This document shows positions 19,912 to 28,489 of a stretch of 58,718 nt of DNA, piece by piece. Below the pieces are notes generated by a model that searched no databases, was not told the DNA's origin, and saw only the letters and a program-made list of their open reading frames with translations. The stretch's first letter is position 1, and the number at the start of each line of letters is the position of its first letter. Position numbers and translations under genes: made by a program. This DNA is from a virus (Duplodnaviria; Caudoviricetes), in the IMG/VR virus record IMGVR_UViG_3300025305_000019, positions 1-58,718 of that record. One strand, 5' to 3'.

Positions 19912-20454
19912 ATGTCGAATACCAACAATAGCGCATCCCAAGACGGAAGTATAGACGAGCAAATGCTTAATGTTGCTCGCGACTTTGCCATGGACCTTTA
20001 CGAGCTTCCGGTCATCTTGGCAAGTAGGGGTATCTCGAATGCCGAATGGCAGAAGATGTCGGTTCACCCGCGCTTCCTCCAGTACCTGCGGTCGGAGAAA
20101 GAAGCTTGGAACGCGGCGAGCAACACCGCCGAGCGTACCAAGCTCAAGGCCAGCACCATCATGGAGAACTGGATGCTGACCGCCGCCAAGGAATTGGAGA
20201 GCAAGGGCAACCCCCTCAACCACAAGGTGGAACTCGCCAAGGTGATTGCCAAGATCGCTGGCATGGATAATTCCGGCAAGGATGGCGTGGGTGAAGGTGG
20301 CCGCTTCAAGCTGGTTATCAACATAGGGCAGAGCGATAAGCAGGGCAACGTCACAATCGACACGAATGCCGCTCGCCGCAAGGAAGCCATCACTATCGAC
20401 CACGACGACGATGGGTATGATCCCCTCGTTTCACCGCAAACCATTGATTACTGA
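19912..20454 (+). CDS. Terminase small subunit (putative)
   Basis: 180 aa upstream of TerL; N-terminal HTH-like segment and FKLVINIG C-terminal strand. Confidence 0.6.
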   Translation: MSNTNNSASQDGSIDEQMLNVARDFAMDLYELPVILASRGISNAEWQKMSVHPRFLQYLRSEKEAWNAASNTAERTKLKASTIMENWMLTAAKELESKGNPLNHKVELAKVIAKIAGMDNSGKDGVGEGGRFKLVINIGQSDKQGNVTIDTNAARRKEAITIDHDDDGYDPLVSPQTIDY

Positions 20455-20524
20455 TTACCTCGGAAGGTAACGCTTGACTATCCCCATGAAACTCGTTAAA
20501 AGGGTTAAATTCATGGAGATAGTC

Positions 20525-21028
20525 ATGGCAAAATCTTTAGAACAGAAGCGTGCGGATCAGAGGGAAGCAAACAGGCGTTGGCGTGAACGCCAAAAAGAAC
20601 TTGACCCAGATGGGTACAAGGAGAGATGCAAACGTGATAACCGAGCCCAATATGTAAAGAATGCTGAAAAACGGCGGAAGTCTGCATTAGAGTGGCAGAA
20701 AAATAACCCAGAGAGATACAAAGAAAATCTTGATCGCTGGCGTTCCGAGAACCAAGGCCATGTGAATAAAAAGCAGCGTGAAAACTACTTAACCCGTACC
20801 TATGGCATTGACGCTGTTGAGCGTGATGCAATGTTAGAAAAACAAGGTGGTGTTTGTGCTACCTGCGGTACAGATACCCCCGGTGGAAAGTACGGTTGGA
20901 ATGTGGATCATTGCCATTCCAGCAATAAGATACGGGGTATATTATGCCACCAGTGTAATATAACTCTAGGGCTTGTTAAAGATAACCCGGCTACACTTAG
21001 AAATTTAGCCAATTACCTTGAAAGGTAA
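20525..21028 (+). CDS. Endonuclease VII-type HNH homing endonuclease
   Basis: YGI...QGGVCATC...VDHCH...IRGILCHQCN..LG; AT-richer than flanks; GGAG RBS. Confidence 0.85.
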   Translation: MAKSLEQKRADQREANRRWRERQKELDPDGYKERCKRDNRAQYVKNAEKRRKSALEWQKNNPERYKENLDRWRSENQGHVNKKQRENYLTRTYGIDAVERDAMLEKQGGVCATCGTDTPGGKYGWNVDHCHSSNKIRGILCHQCNITLGLVKDNPATLRNLANYLER

Positions 21029-21033
21029 CACCC

Positions 21034-22434
21034 ATGTCCAGTTCGGGTATGATGTTTGATGCACCACCTACAGTGGCTGCATTCATGCGATCTTCTGCAT
21101 TTGTGCGAATTATCCTCGGCCCTGTCGGCTCGGGTAAATCCACCGGATGCCTTATGGAAGTTATTCGTAGGGCGTGTGAACAGGCTCCGGGGCCTGATGG
21201 TCTGCGACATACTCGGTTCGCCATTGTAAGACAGACGCTCCAGCAGATTAAGCAGACTGTCTTGAAAGAGTTCTACACATGGGTCGCACCTATCACAACT
21301 TTCCGCGTCAGTGAGAACACCATCTACCTCACCTTCGATGACGTTCGGTGTGAAATCCACCTAATCCCACTTGATGATGAAAACGACCAGCGCCGTCTTT
21401 TGAGTATGCAGCTTACGGGGGCATGGTGTAACGAATTCCCAGAGATCGACCCTAACATCATCCCGTCGCTCTGCGGTCGTCTTGGCCGTTACCCCTCTGC
21501 CGCTCAAGGTGGACCCTCGTGGTTCGGCCTCGTCATGGATGGGAACTTTCCCAACGAAGGCGGTCAGTGGCATGAGCTTCTGGAAGACAAGATGCCGGAA
21601 GACTGGGAGCTATACAAGCAGCCCGGTGGTCTGGACGAAGATGCTGAAAACATTGACAATTTGCCCGGTGGGCGTGCCTACTACGAGCGCCTTTCTCGCG
21701 GCCAGTCTGCCGAGTGGGTGCGTCGTTACGTCGATGCCCAGTACGGCAACGATCCGTCTGGCATGGCGGTGTTTCGTGACAGCTTTACGGGCTCATTCCA
21801 TGGCCGGGACAGCATCGACCCCATCCCCGGATTGCCCCTTATCGTGGGGCAGGACTTCGGGCGTGACCCATGGTCGGTCATTTGCCAGCTAGACCATCGT
21901 GGGCGCTTCCTTGTGCTTGAGGAAGTCGAGGGTACCAGCATCGGTCTGGAGCAACACATGCTCCTGAACCTGCGCCCTGCGATCATGCAGAGCCGGTATA
22001 TGAATATGCCAGTCGCCGTCATCGGTGACCCGGCTGGCGTGGCGAAGTCGTCGCACTACGAAGAAACGTCCTTCGACCTGATGAAGCGCGAAGGGTTCAT
22101 GGCCTTCCCGGCACCGACCAACGACATTGATCCCCGGCTACGGGCCATCGAGAAATTCTTGCTGATGCAGGTGGGTGGTGAAGCCGTCTTCCTCGTGGAC
22201 AAGTCCCGCTGCCCGACGATCTACCGGGGGCTCAATGGCTCCTACCGATACACGAAAACGAAAGCGGGTCAGCGTAAGCCGACCCCTGATAAGAACGCCT
22301 ACTCTCACCCCATGGACAGCCTCCAGTATGCGGCTCTCGCAGCGGCTGGCGGTATGGTGGGTGGCGTGATTATGAACCGTCTCAAACGTGATACACGCCC
22401 CCAACAGAATTTCTCTGCGAGGGCGTGGACCTAA
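21034..22434 (+). CDS. terL: Terminase large subunit
   Basis: Walker A GPVGSGKS, GAWCNE Walker B-like, nuclease GQDFG, GDPAG and SHPMDSLQY. Confidence 0.92.
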   Translation: MSSSGMMFDAPPTVAAFMRSSAFVRIILGPVGSGKSTGCLMEVIRRACEQAPGPDGLRHTRFAIVRQTLQQIKQTVLKEFYTWVAPITTFRVSENTIYLTFDDVRCEIHLIPLDDENDQRRLLSMQLTGAWCNEFPEIDPNIIPSLCGRLGRYPSAAQGGPSWFGLVMDGNFPNEGGQWHELLEDKMPEDWELYKQPGGLDEDAENIDNLPGGRAYYERLSRGQSAEWVRRYVDAQYGNDPSGMAVFRDSFTGSFHGRDSIDPIPGLPLIVGQDFGRDPWSVICQLDHRGRFLVLEEVEGTSIGLEQHMLLNLRPAIMQSRYMNMPVAVIGDPAGVAKSSHYEETSFDLMKREGFMAFPAPTNDIDPRLRAIEKFLLMQVGGEAVFLVDKSRCPTIYRGLNGSYRYTKTKAGQRKPTPDKNAYSHPMDSLQYAALAAAGGMVGGVIMNRLKRDTRPQQNFSARAWT

Positions 22435-22523
22435 GTTACCACACGAGGTAACAAACCATCAGTGCTAGAAAGATAACAAGGATGGCGACGGGCCAACCGA
22501 ACTCGTCGTCATCCTTGAACCTG

Positions 22524-23015
22524 TTACTTCTTCTCCGGTTTCTCATCTTCAACCCTCGATTTCTTCAAGGCGGTCATCAGAATACCCAGCTTGCGTATGC
22601 ACCACTCTCGCTGCTCGCCATCGTTCACGTCAGTCCACAGTGTTGTGGAGCCATCAGCGAACGCTCCGAATACCAGTCGGAGGTCTTTAACCCCATCGGT
22701 TATCTTCTTCACGGTGTTGCTCTTTGCCGCCTCGGGGACATTGAACTGCACGCTCGATACCGTACCCGCATCGTCCTTAGCGTCGGCTTTGTCAGGAACC
22801 TCTACCGGCAGCGAGTTACGCCACTCCCCGTTTATACTGTTGGGGCAGTTGGGGTGCGGATGTTTGATGTCGCCGCAGTTGGAACACTCCACCCGACCAT
22901 CAGCGTATAGCTCGAATGTGCGGCATTCGCAACCGCATATGAATACGATGGTGGGGGCCTCCGCTTCCTTACGGGCTTTCTCTTTTGCTGCTGTGAAGTC
23001 TACGATGTCGGTCAT
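22524..23015 (-). CDS. Hypothetical Zn-ribbon protein
   Basis: CGCEC...CSNC; ATG immediately after the palindrome containing GAGG. Confidence 0.6.
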   Translation of the reverse strand: MTDIVDFTAAKEKARKEAEAPTIVFICGCECRTFELYADGRVECSNCGDIKHPHPNCPNSINGEWRNSLPVEVPDKADAKDDAGTVSSVQFNVPEAAKSNTVKKITDGVKDLRLVFGAFADGSTTLWTDVNDGEQREWCIRKLGILMTALKKSRVEDEKPEKK

Positions 23016-23016
23016 G

Positions 23017-23319
23017 TTACCTCGCGAGGTTACGGAGTGTTTCAGGTCCACCCAGTGAAGCTTCCGCTTCGAGCGCGTACCCCTCGTCGTGTGTCACCCC
23101 GAACTGGTCACACGTTATGGCGAATGCTGCTGCCACCGACATGTACTTCTCGTTGAACCGAAGCTCTTGGGCGAAGACGAGGGGTACTGGCATCTCTCTA
23201 TCGCTCTGGGTGCCCGTGGAGGGGGTCTGGGAGGGCTTCCGGTGGAAGGTGGGTACCCACCCCTCCATACCCGGCCTCATGCGTCCCTTGCCTGCTCTAC
23301 GGCCTCTGTGACGGGTCAT
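23017..23319 (-). CDS. Hypothetical protein
   Basis: Coupled ORF in leftward operon; start uncertain. Confidence 0.45.
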   Translation of the reverse strand: MTRHRGRRAGKGRMRPGMEGWVPTFHRKPSQTPSTGTQSDREMPVPLVFAQELRFNEKYMSVAAAFAITCDQFGVTHDEGYALEAEASLGGPETLRNLAR

Positions 23320-23474
23320 GCTGCTTCCTCTTTTGGGGCTATAGCGGCCATTGCTCGGTATGCTTCGACCATCCCTTTTCCGGGGCCAAGGCGTGGCAGG
23401 TGGTCACGGCGCAAACAAGCCCAGCCAGCGGCTATCATTTCTGGTGTCACTGGTATTTCCGACTTACCACTCAT
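23316..23474 (-). CDS. Small hypothetical protein
   Basis: MSGKSEIPVTPEMIAAG...YRAM pattern common in phage small proteins; ATGA coupling. Confidence 0.55.
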   Translation of the reverse strand: MSGKSEIPVTPEMIAAGWACLRRDHLPRLGPGKGMVEAYRAMAAIAPKEEAA

Positions 23475-23815
23475 GCTGCTTCCTCTCGCTGCTCGGCTTC
23501 CCGTGCCATTCTTGCCTCGACTGCCGCGATTGCCCTCAAGGCGTCGTCCACCTCTTTGGGGTTCTTCCAAGAGGCTGCCCGGTTCCCCGGCAGGCGAGGG
23601 CCACGTTTCCGCTCGGGCCAGTTCGCACCCTTCAGCCGCCGAATGTGGGCGACTTGGGACACTGTGAACTTGCGGTTGAATTTGCGGCTCATCCGGGAAA
23701 CGATCTCTTTGACCGAGTGCCCTTCGAGCCAGAGCCGCCTAAGTGTGGCGACGTGGTGGGCAGTCCACTGGAAGTTGTTCTTGTGTAGCGGGTGTATGGT
23801 GTACTGATTAGGCAT
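23471..23815 (-). CDS. GcrA-like HTH regulator
   Basis: WTAHHVATLRRLWLEGHSVKEI resembles the GcrA N-terminal WT.ERVE.LKKLW.EG.SASQI. Confidence 0.6.
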   Translation of the reverse strand: MPNQYTIHPLHKNNFQWTAHHVATLRRLWLEGHSVKEIVSRMSRKFNRKFTVSQVAHIRRLKGANWPERKRGPRLPGNRAASWKNPKEVDDALRAIAAVEARMAREAEQREEAA

Positions 23816-24311
23816 TGTGCTTGTCCAGTACCTTCCTGATGCGCGTGCAGATGTCGTGTATGTGTTCACGGCTCAAGTGCTGCGCGGCGGTAGCGGGGAA
23901 GCATTCGAGCATCGTGCACACGGCGCGGACATCCACTTCCATCGCGTCCCACTCATCCTTCTCCAAAGTTACCACCGTGGGTAACCGTTTGATCTCCGGG
24001 GTAACGCGCACCTTGTTGATGTCGCCTTGCGTCAGGAACATGAAGTCATCTTCCGTTAGCATGATGTCATAGTTCGGCTTCGTCCGCGCCGACCACATGA
24101 GAGTAACAGCCGTCGCCCTGACCTCATACATGCGGCTGTACTTTTGGGAGAACATGCTGAAGAAGCTACTCAACCGGGTGCGGTCCATGTGCTTTATACA
24201 GTCGTTCGCCTCATGGTAGCGTTCGGACGCCAGACGCTCGACCTCGCTTGAGGGTATGCGGAGCGTTGCCATGGATACGGGGCGGGGAACTTTCGGGGCT
24301 GCTGCGTACAT
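23808..24311 (-). CDS. Hypothetical protein
   Basis: GGAAG RBS, coupled to the upstream stop. Confidence 0.55.
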   Translation of the reverse strand: MYAAAPKVPRPVSMATLRIPSSEVERLASERYHEANDCIKHMDRTRLSSFFSMFSQKYSRMYEVRATAVTLMWSARTKPNYDIMLTEDDFMFLTQGDINKVRVTPEIKRLPTVVTLEKDEWDAMEVDVRAVCTMLECFPATAAQHLSREHIHDICTRIRKVLDKHNA

Positions 24312-24460
24312 TACTTCCGGCCTTTCTTCTGCGTCGGCTTTGGGCTCAAGTCCTTGTCGGCGTACACCATGCCGTGGAACCGGCGTTTCCAACCTTCCCA
24401 GAACTTCTGCTCGGTGCGGCGGTTATTGGGGTCCAGTACCTGTCGCGCATTTTTTGTCAT
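24311..24460 (-). CDS. Small basic hypothetical protein
   Basis: MTKNARQ...KKGRK; AGAG RBS; TAATG coupling. Confidence 0.5.
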   Translation of the reverse strand: MTKNARQVLDPNNRRTEQKFWEGWKRRFHGMVYADKDLSPKPTQKKGRK

Positions 24461-24486
24461 CTGTTCTCTCTTGTTACTTTTGGGGG

Positions 24487-24765
24487 TTACTTCAGCACCC
24501 CGTTGGGAAAGTACCGCTCGGCTATCGCCTTGGGATACCACTTGCGATCTGCCAGAGCGACGATGATCTTGCCCCTTCCACCTGTGAACGATCCAAAGTG
24601 GATGCCCATGCCGTCGCAACCACTACACACTAAGATCGTGTATACCGATCCTATTAGACCATTACCCCTGCATTCGGTGCACCGGGTCGGCTTGTCAGCA
24701 CCTACCAGCATCGCCATCGCCTGTATCTGCTCAAGATACGGCGCGAGATAGTTGTCTTTCAGCAT
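24487..24765 (-). CDS. Hypothetical DnaJ-type Zn-finger protein
   Basis: CTECRGNG...CSGCDGMG; start uncertain. Confidence 0.5.
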   Translation of the reverse strand: MLKDNYLAPYLEQIQAMAMLVGADKPTRCTECRGNGLIGSVYTILVCSGCDGMGIHFGSFTGGRGKIIVALADRKWYPKAIAERYFPNGVLK

Positions 24766-24963
24766 GTCAGGTTCCGGCAGCGAGAGGATTACTTTGTTTC
24801 GGGAAACCAAGTCTCGACCACTTCGAGGCGAGCCTCTAGGGCGTCGATTTGCTTCTCTTGGTCTGCCACTACCAAGCACGCAAGTAGCACCCATACGGCC
24901 AATATAAACATTGTCACTCTGCCCATTTTACCGTGTTACCTCAAGAAGTTACGTCCATCAAGG

Positions 24964-24992
24964 ATATAGGAAGTCTACGCGGGGTTGTCAAG
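24964..24992 (-). promoter_or_regulatory. RpoD promoter (leftward)
   Basis: Exact CTTGAC-N17-CTATAT, the rhizobial sigma70 consensus. Confidence 0.75.
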
Positions 24993-25736
24993 GGGTCTAT
25001 AAAAAGGTTTTAGTGTTTTTTATTTTTGGGGTTTTACTGGGCATCAGTGGGGGGTTTTTGAGTGTTGATGGTTTTATGGTGGTATAGGCAAAGTATACAC
25101 CCCCTTCCTCTCATACATATGGATCAAGTGGCTAAACACCCCCCCGGGGGGTGGCCCCCCTGTCCAGTTACCCGTGGGGGTAACCCCTCTTTCCCCCTCC
25201 CTAGGATGTAGAGAGCAGCATGAGCCGGTTGGTTCCCTCTCCCTACGACGACGCTCCAAGTAGCCGACCATAGATCGGGCAAGCGGGTTTCGGGTTCTTT
25301 GACAACTGAATAGGCGATCTCCCTGCCACAATGCGAGATGGTGACCATGCCACCAAAAAGCTGGAACTTGTTACCTCTCAAGGTATCTAGTCGGAGATCG
25401 GGCCAAGAGCCTAGAGCATTGCGCTCTAGGAAGTCAGCCGGTCGAAAGGTCTAGCGATCAAGTAGGGCACCATAGATGCCGCTTGTGACCTCTAAACCAT
25501 CGGCCAAATAAACGATCAAAGACTCTTACGGCGCAATCTGAAATAAGCCGCCCCATTTGAGGTATCATTAAAGAGACTGACAGCTTGATCGGCGGGACGA
25601 CGCCTGCGATCTAGCAAGACTGTTTCATAGGACAAGCTCACCGTGTCCTTAACAACGGAAGCCACGATAGTAACTGTTAGTGGTGGCATGGCTTAGGCCA
25701 TGTCACTCTATAACCGTTACCACGAAAGGTAAGACG

Positions 25737-25886
25737 ATGAATAGATATGTGTTTATTTTCCGCGTCATCGATGGTGATGCTTATGAAGTACATGCTTGTG
25801 GTTTTGACAGCCGTGATGAAGCGTTCGCTGACGCCCTCTCCCGTTTCGGCTTCGACAGGTCCGATGTTATAGAGTGTGTGGCATGA
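25737..25886 (+). CDS. Small early protein
   Basis: MNRYVFIF...; AAGG RBS in the palindrome right arm. Confidence 0.5.
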   Translation: MNRYVFIFRVIDGDAYEVHACGFDSRDEAFADALSRFGFDRSDVIECVA

Positions 25887-26047
25887 CCTACGCAATCGCA
25901 GCAATTCCGGCCACGTATTTCCTGCCGGACGTTCTGACTTTCATCGGTCGGAACCTTCCGAAAGTGTCGCACAAGAAAGTCGGCGGCATTCGGTTTTTCA
26001 AGGTCGGACGCATCAACTTTAGCGTCTCAATCTCCAAGAAAGGGTAA
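25883..26047 (+). CDS. Small basic early protein (54 aa, not in ORF track)
   Basis: MTYAIAAIPATYF...KKVGGIRFFKVGRINFSVSISKKG*; ATGA coupling. Confidence 0.55.
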   Translation: MTYAIAAIPATYFLPDVLTFIGRNLPKVSHKKVGGIRFFKVGRINFSVSISKKG

Positions 26048-26153
26048 AAATTATACCACGACACGACGAAACCGCTTGCAACGTGATGCAAGTTACCCCA
26101 TAAAGTAACAGCGCAAGGCAATGGTGCCGCGCTCAAATTCAAGGACCACCCAC

Positions 26154-26918
26154 ATGTCGAACACCGAAAACACCACCGTCGAGAACACCGCTCCGACCGC
26201 CGATGGCTCGGATGGCACCAACGATACCCGCCGCAATGAGGCGATTAAGCAGATCAAGTCATTCGGTCGTGACGCGGCCTCTGGCAAGGACAGCCTGCCG
26301 AAGCTGGCTCACTACGTTACCCGTCTCGCTGCCGATGGTGTCATCACGGCCAAGAAGGGCAAGGACGGCGACGATACCGCCGAACTGTACGGCCACTACG
26401 TTACCGCCGAAAGTAACAAGGCCATGCACGAGCATTCCGCTGGCGGCTCGAAGGCCAACATCAGCAAGCTGCGTCAGCTTGTCGCTCTGGGCGAGATGAC
26501 GACGATTGATCCGGTCGAACTGTTGCAGTCCGCATTCGACATCCGCGCCAAGTTGGTAGCGGCCAACGCTGAAGCCGACAAGGATGAACAGATCAAGCTG
26601 AAGTCGGCCTATCCCTTCTACGTCGATGTCGCCCGTGCACAGATCAAGAGCGACACCCTTCTGACTGACGACGAGATCATGGACCTTGCATCCAAGTCCG
26701 AGCCGAAGGAAAAGGATGCCGAGGCTATCCTCAAGCAGATCGACAAGCTGCTTCAGGGTCTGGTGTCCGGTGAGAACAGCCACGGCGTCAAGGATGACAG
26801 CGAAAGCGTCGAGACGGCTGCACAGTGCATCGCCGAGCGTCTGGCCGAGGTCGTCAAGGACAAGGCCGTCGCCACTCTCCGCGCCAATGCCGCCAAGCTG
26901 GGCGTCACCCTCGCCTAA
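26154..26918 (+). CDS. Hypothetical helical early protein (254 aa)
   Basis: AAGGA RBS, strong C/G-ending codon bias, followed by terminator. Confidence 0.8.
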   Translation: MSNTENTTVENTAPTADGSDGTNDTRRNEAIKQIKSFGRDAASGKDSLPKLAHYVTRLAADGVITAKKGKDGDDTAELYGHYVTAESNKAMHEHSAGGSKANISKLRQLVALGEMTTIDPVELLQSAFDIRAKLVAANAEADKDEQIKLKSAYPFYVDVARAQIKSDTLLTDDEIMDLASKSEPKEKDAEAILKQIDKLLQGLVSGENSHGVKDDSESVETAAQCIAERLAEVVKDKAVATLRANAAKLGVTLA

Positions 26919-26944
26919 TACCTGACCACATCGCTGGCAAGATC

Positions 26945-26975
26945 AAACCTCCCGGTTAGCGCCGGGGGGTTTTTT
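26945..26975 (+). terminator. Rho-independent terminator
   Basis: CTCCCGG-TTAGCG-CCGGGGGG followed by TTTTTT. Confidence 0.8.
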
Positions 26976-27010
26976 AATGCCACTGAAAAGTTACCACGGA
27001 AGGTTACGTA

Positions 27011-27223
27011 ATGATCGGTAGGTTTATGGTACGTGCCCGCTCTGTAGATGGCACAGTCTGGCTGAAGCGTTCCGAATTCGGGGCGTCTTATGGTCCTAAG
27101 AGTTTCGCAAGCTTGATGACCTATCGTCAGGCCGAACGCCTTATCGAGCGTGTGAATGAAAAGCAGGGCCAATACCCTGACGTGCATTGTGGTCTATTCC
27201 AGATGAGGATTGTATCAGTATGA
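27011..27223 (+). CDS. Hypothetical protein
   Basis: 70 aa, GAAGG RBS in palindrome. Confidence 0.5.
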   Translation: MIGRFMVRARSVDGTVWLKRSEFGASYGPKSFASLMTYRQAERLIERVNEKQGQYPDVHCGLFQMRIVSV

Positions 27224-27450
27224 AGACAGTGTTGAGTGACCTCGCCATGGCGGGTTGTATCGTTGCAGCTTTGTCGGCTGCTTTGTTCTGGCCGTGGAAT
27301 GGTCAGGACGCCGTGACCTATGAGGCGCTTGTTACCTCGGAAGGTAGCACGTATGCCATCGACACTGACCTTACGGCAAGTGACTGCTTTCGGGTGATCT
27401 TCAGCGCGGCTCAACAGGGCGTGTATGGTGAGTGTAACCCGGAGAGGTAA
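27220..27450 (+). CDS. Small membrane/secreted protein
   Basis: N-terminal hydrophobic helix; ATGA coupling. Confidence 0.5.
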   Translation: MKTVLSDLAMAGCIVAALSAALFWPWNGQDAVTYEALVTSEGSTYAIDTDLTASDCFRVIFSAAQQGVYGECNPER

Positions 27451-27802
27451 TGCTAGAAACATTGCGTCTGTCAGGGCTGACAAGTGTAAGCTTTCTAGCT
27501 TTACGAGGTTGGCCGCTGACAGGCGTTCGCGATGTCGGGCTGGATAGGTAGCGTCGGGGGCCGTAAGGCTCCTGACGGGCTCGCATGGCGATGGTGTGAT
27601 GGTTGGATGACGGCAGGTGAAGCGTGTTCGGCGCTCCCGCTGAACCGCGCACTCACGCGGCATGTGTTGGGCAAAACGATCACGATGGCTGGCAAAGTTA
27701 ATGTTTGAAAGTGTTACTTTGCCAGCCTATGACAACTCCAATGTTTCTGGCATTCCGCTGGTGATCGACGGCAGAGAAGGGTTCAGGGGCTTTTTCTATC
27801 TC

Positions 27803-28003
27803 TAATATCGTTAATGTAATATTATATATAATTCTAATTTCTCCACCGATTTAACATTCTAGTTGGCACCCCAACGCGCCGATTTCACCATCGCACCATC
27901 CAGCCACCTCAAAAAACGCGATGCCAGTATCTCGTGCTGTCAACTAGAATGTTAAATCGAAAGGCGAGCCTTCTCTCCAGCAAATATTACATTAACGATA
28001 TTA
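27803..28003. repeat. Symmetric AT-rich dyad element (candidate replication origin or packaging site)
   Basis: Perfect inverted pairs 27803-27823/27983-28003 and 27847-27865/27941-27959 with the same centre (27903). Confidence 0.7.
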
Positions 28004-28489
28004 AAGGGTCATGTCCTTGAAAACATTGAACAATTCGACTGGCGTTTGAGTACAACAACCCAAATCGAGCCCCTTTTAATGCGAGACATTGAAACCGTTT
28101 ATGCCACGCCACTAATTCGACAAGAGCAAAAGCATGGCGATGCCATCTTTGACAACGCTATAACTCTGCAACATTAGCTCTGTCATGGCTGGCAATGCCA
28201 CACTTGCAATAACCAGACTCTTTATTACTGGCAGAAAGAATATACGTAAGAGTACCCACTAAGTGACGGAAACTCCGTAAAGGTTCGACGCCCAGCGCCC
28301 ACCTCTGCCGTCACCTATACTACTGAAAGAAACACTTTGACACGTATGGCATCTCCACACTTTATTTATTAAGGGCATCTTGACAATCCCGGCGGTATAC
28401 ACTAGGTATACAGATGTTACCCGACGAGGTAACGGACGATGCCCCCATAGGATGCCACGGGCTGGGGTATACAGGAGCGAGATGAGCAG

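Noticed and set aside
23316-23486. Repeat TCATGCTGCTTCCTCT at 23316 and 23471
   Set aside because: Explained by a reused RBS plus ATGA coupling (both ORFs end EEAA*); only two copies
24995-28480. tRNA genes in the non-coding regions
   Set aside because: No cloverleaf with T-loop GTTCRA and acceptor stem could be identified by eye; tRNAscan-SE would settle it
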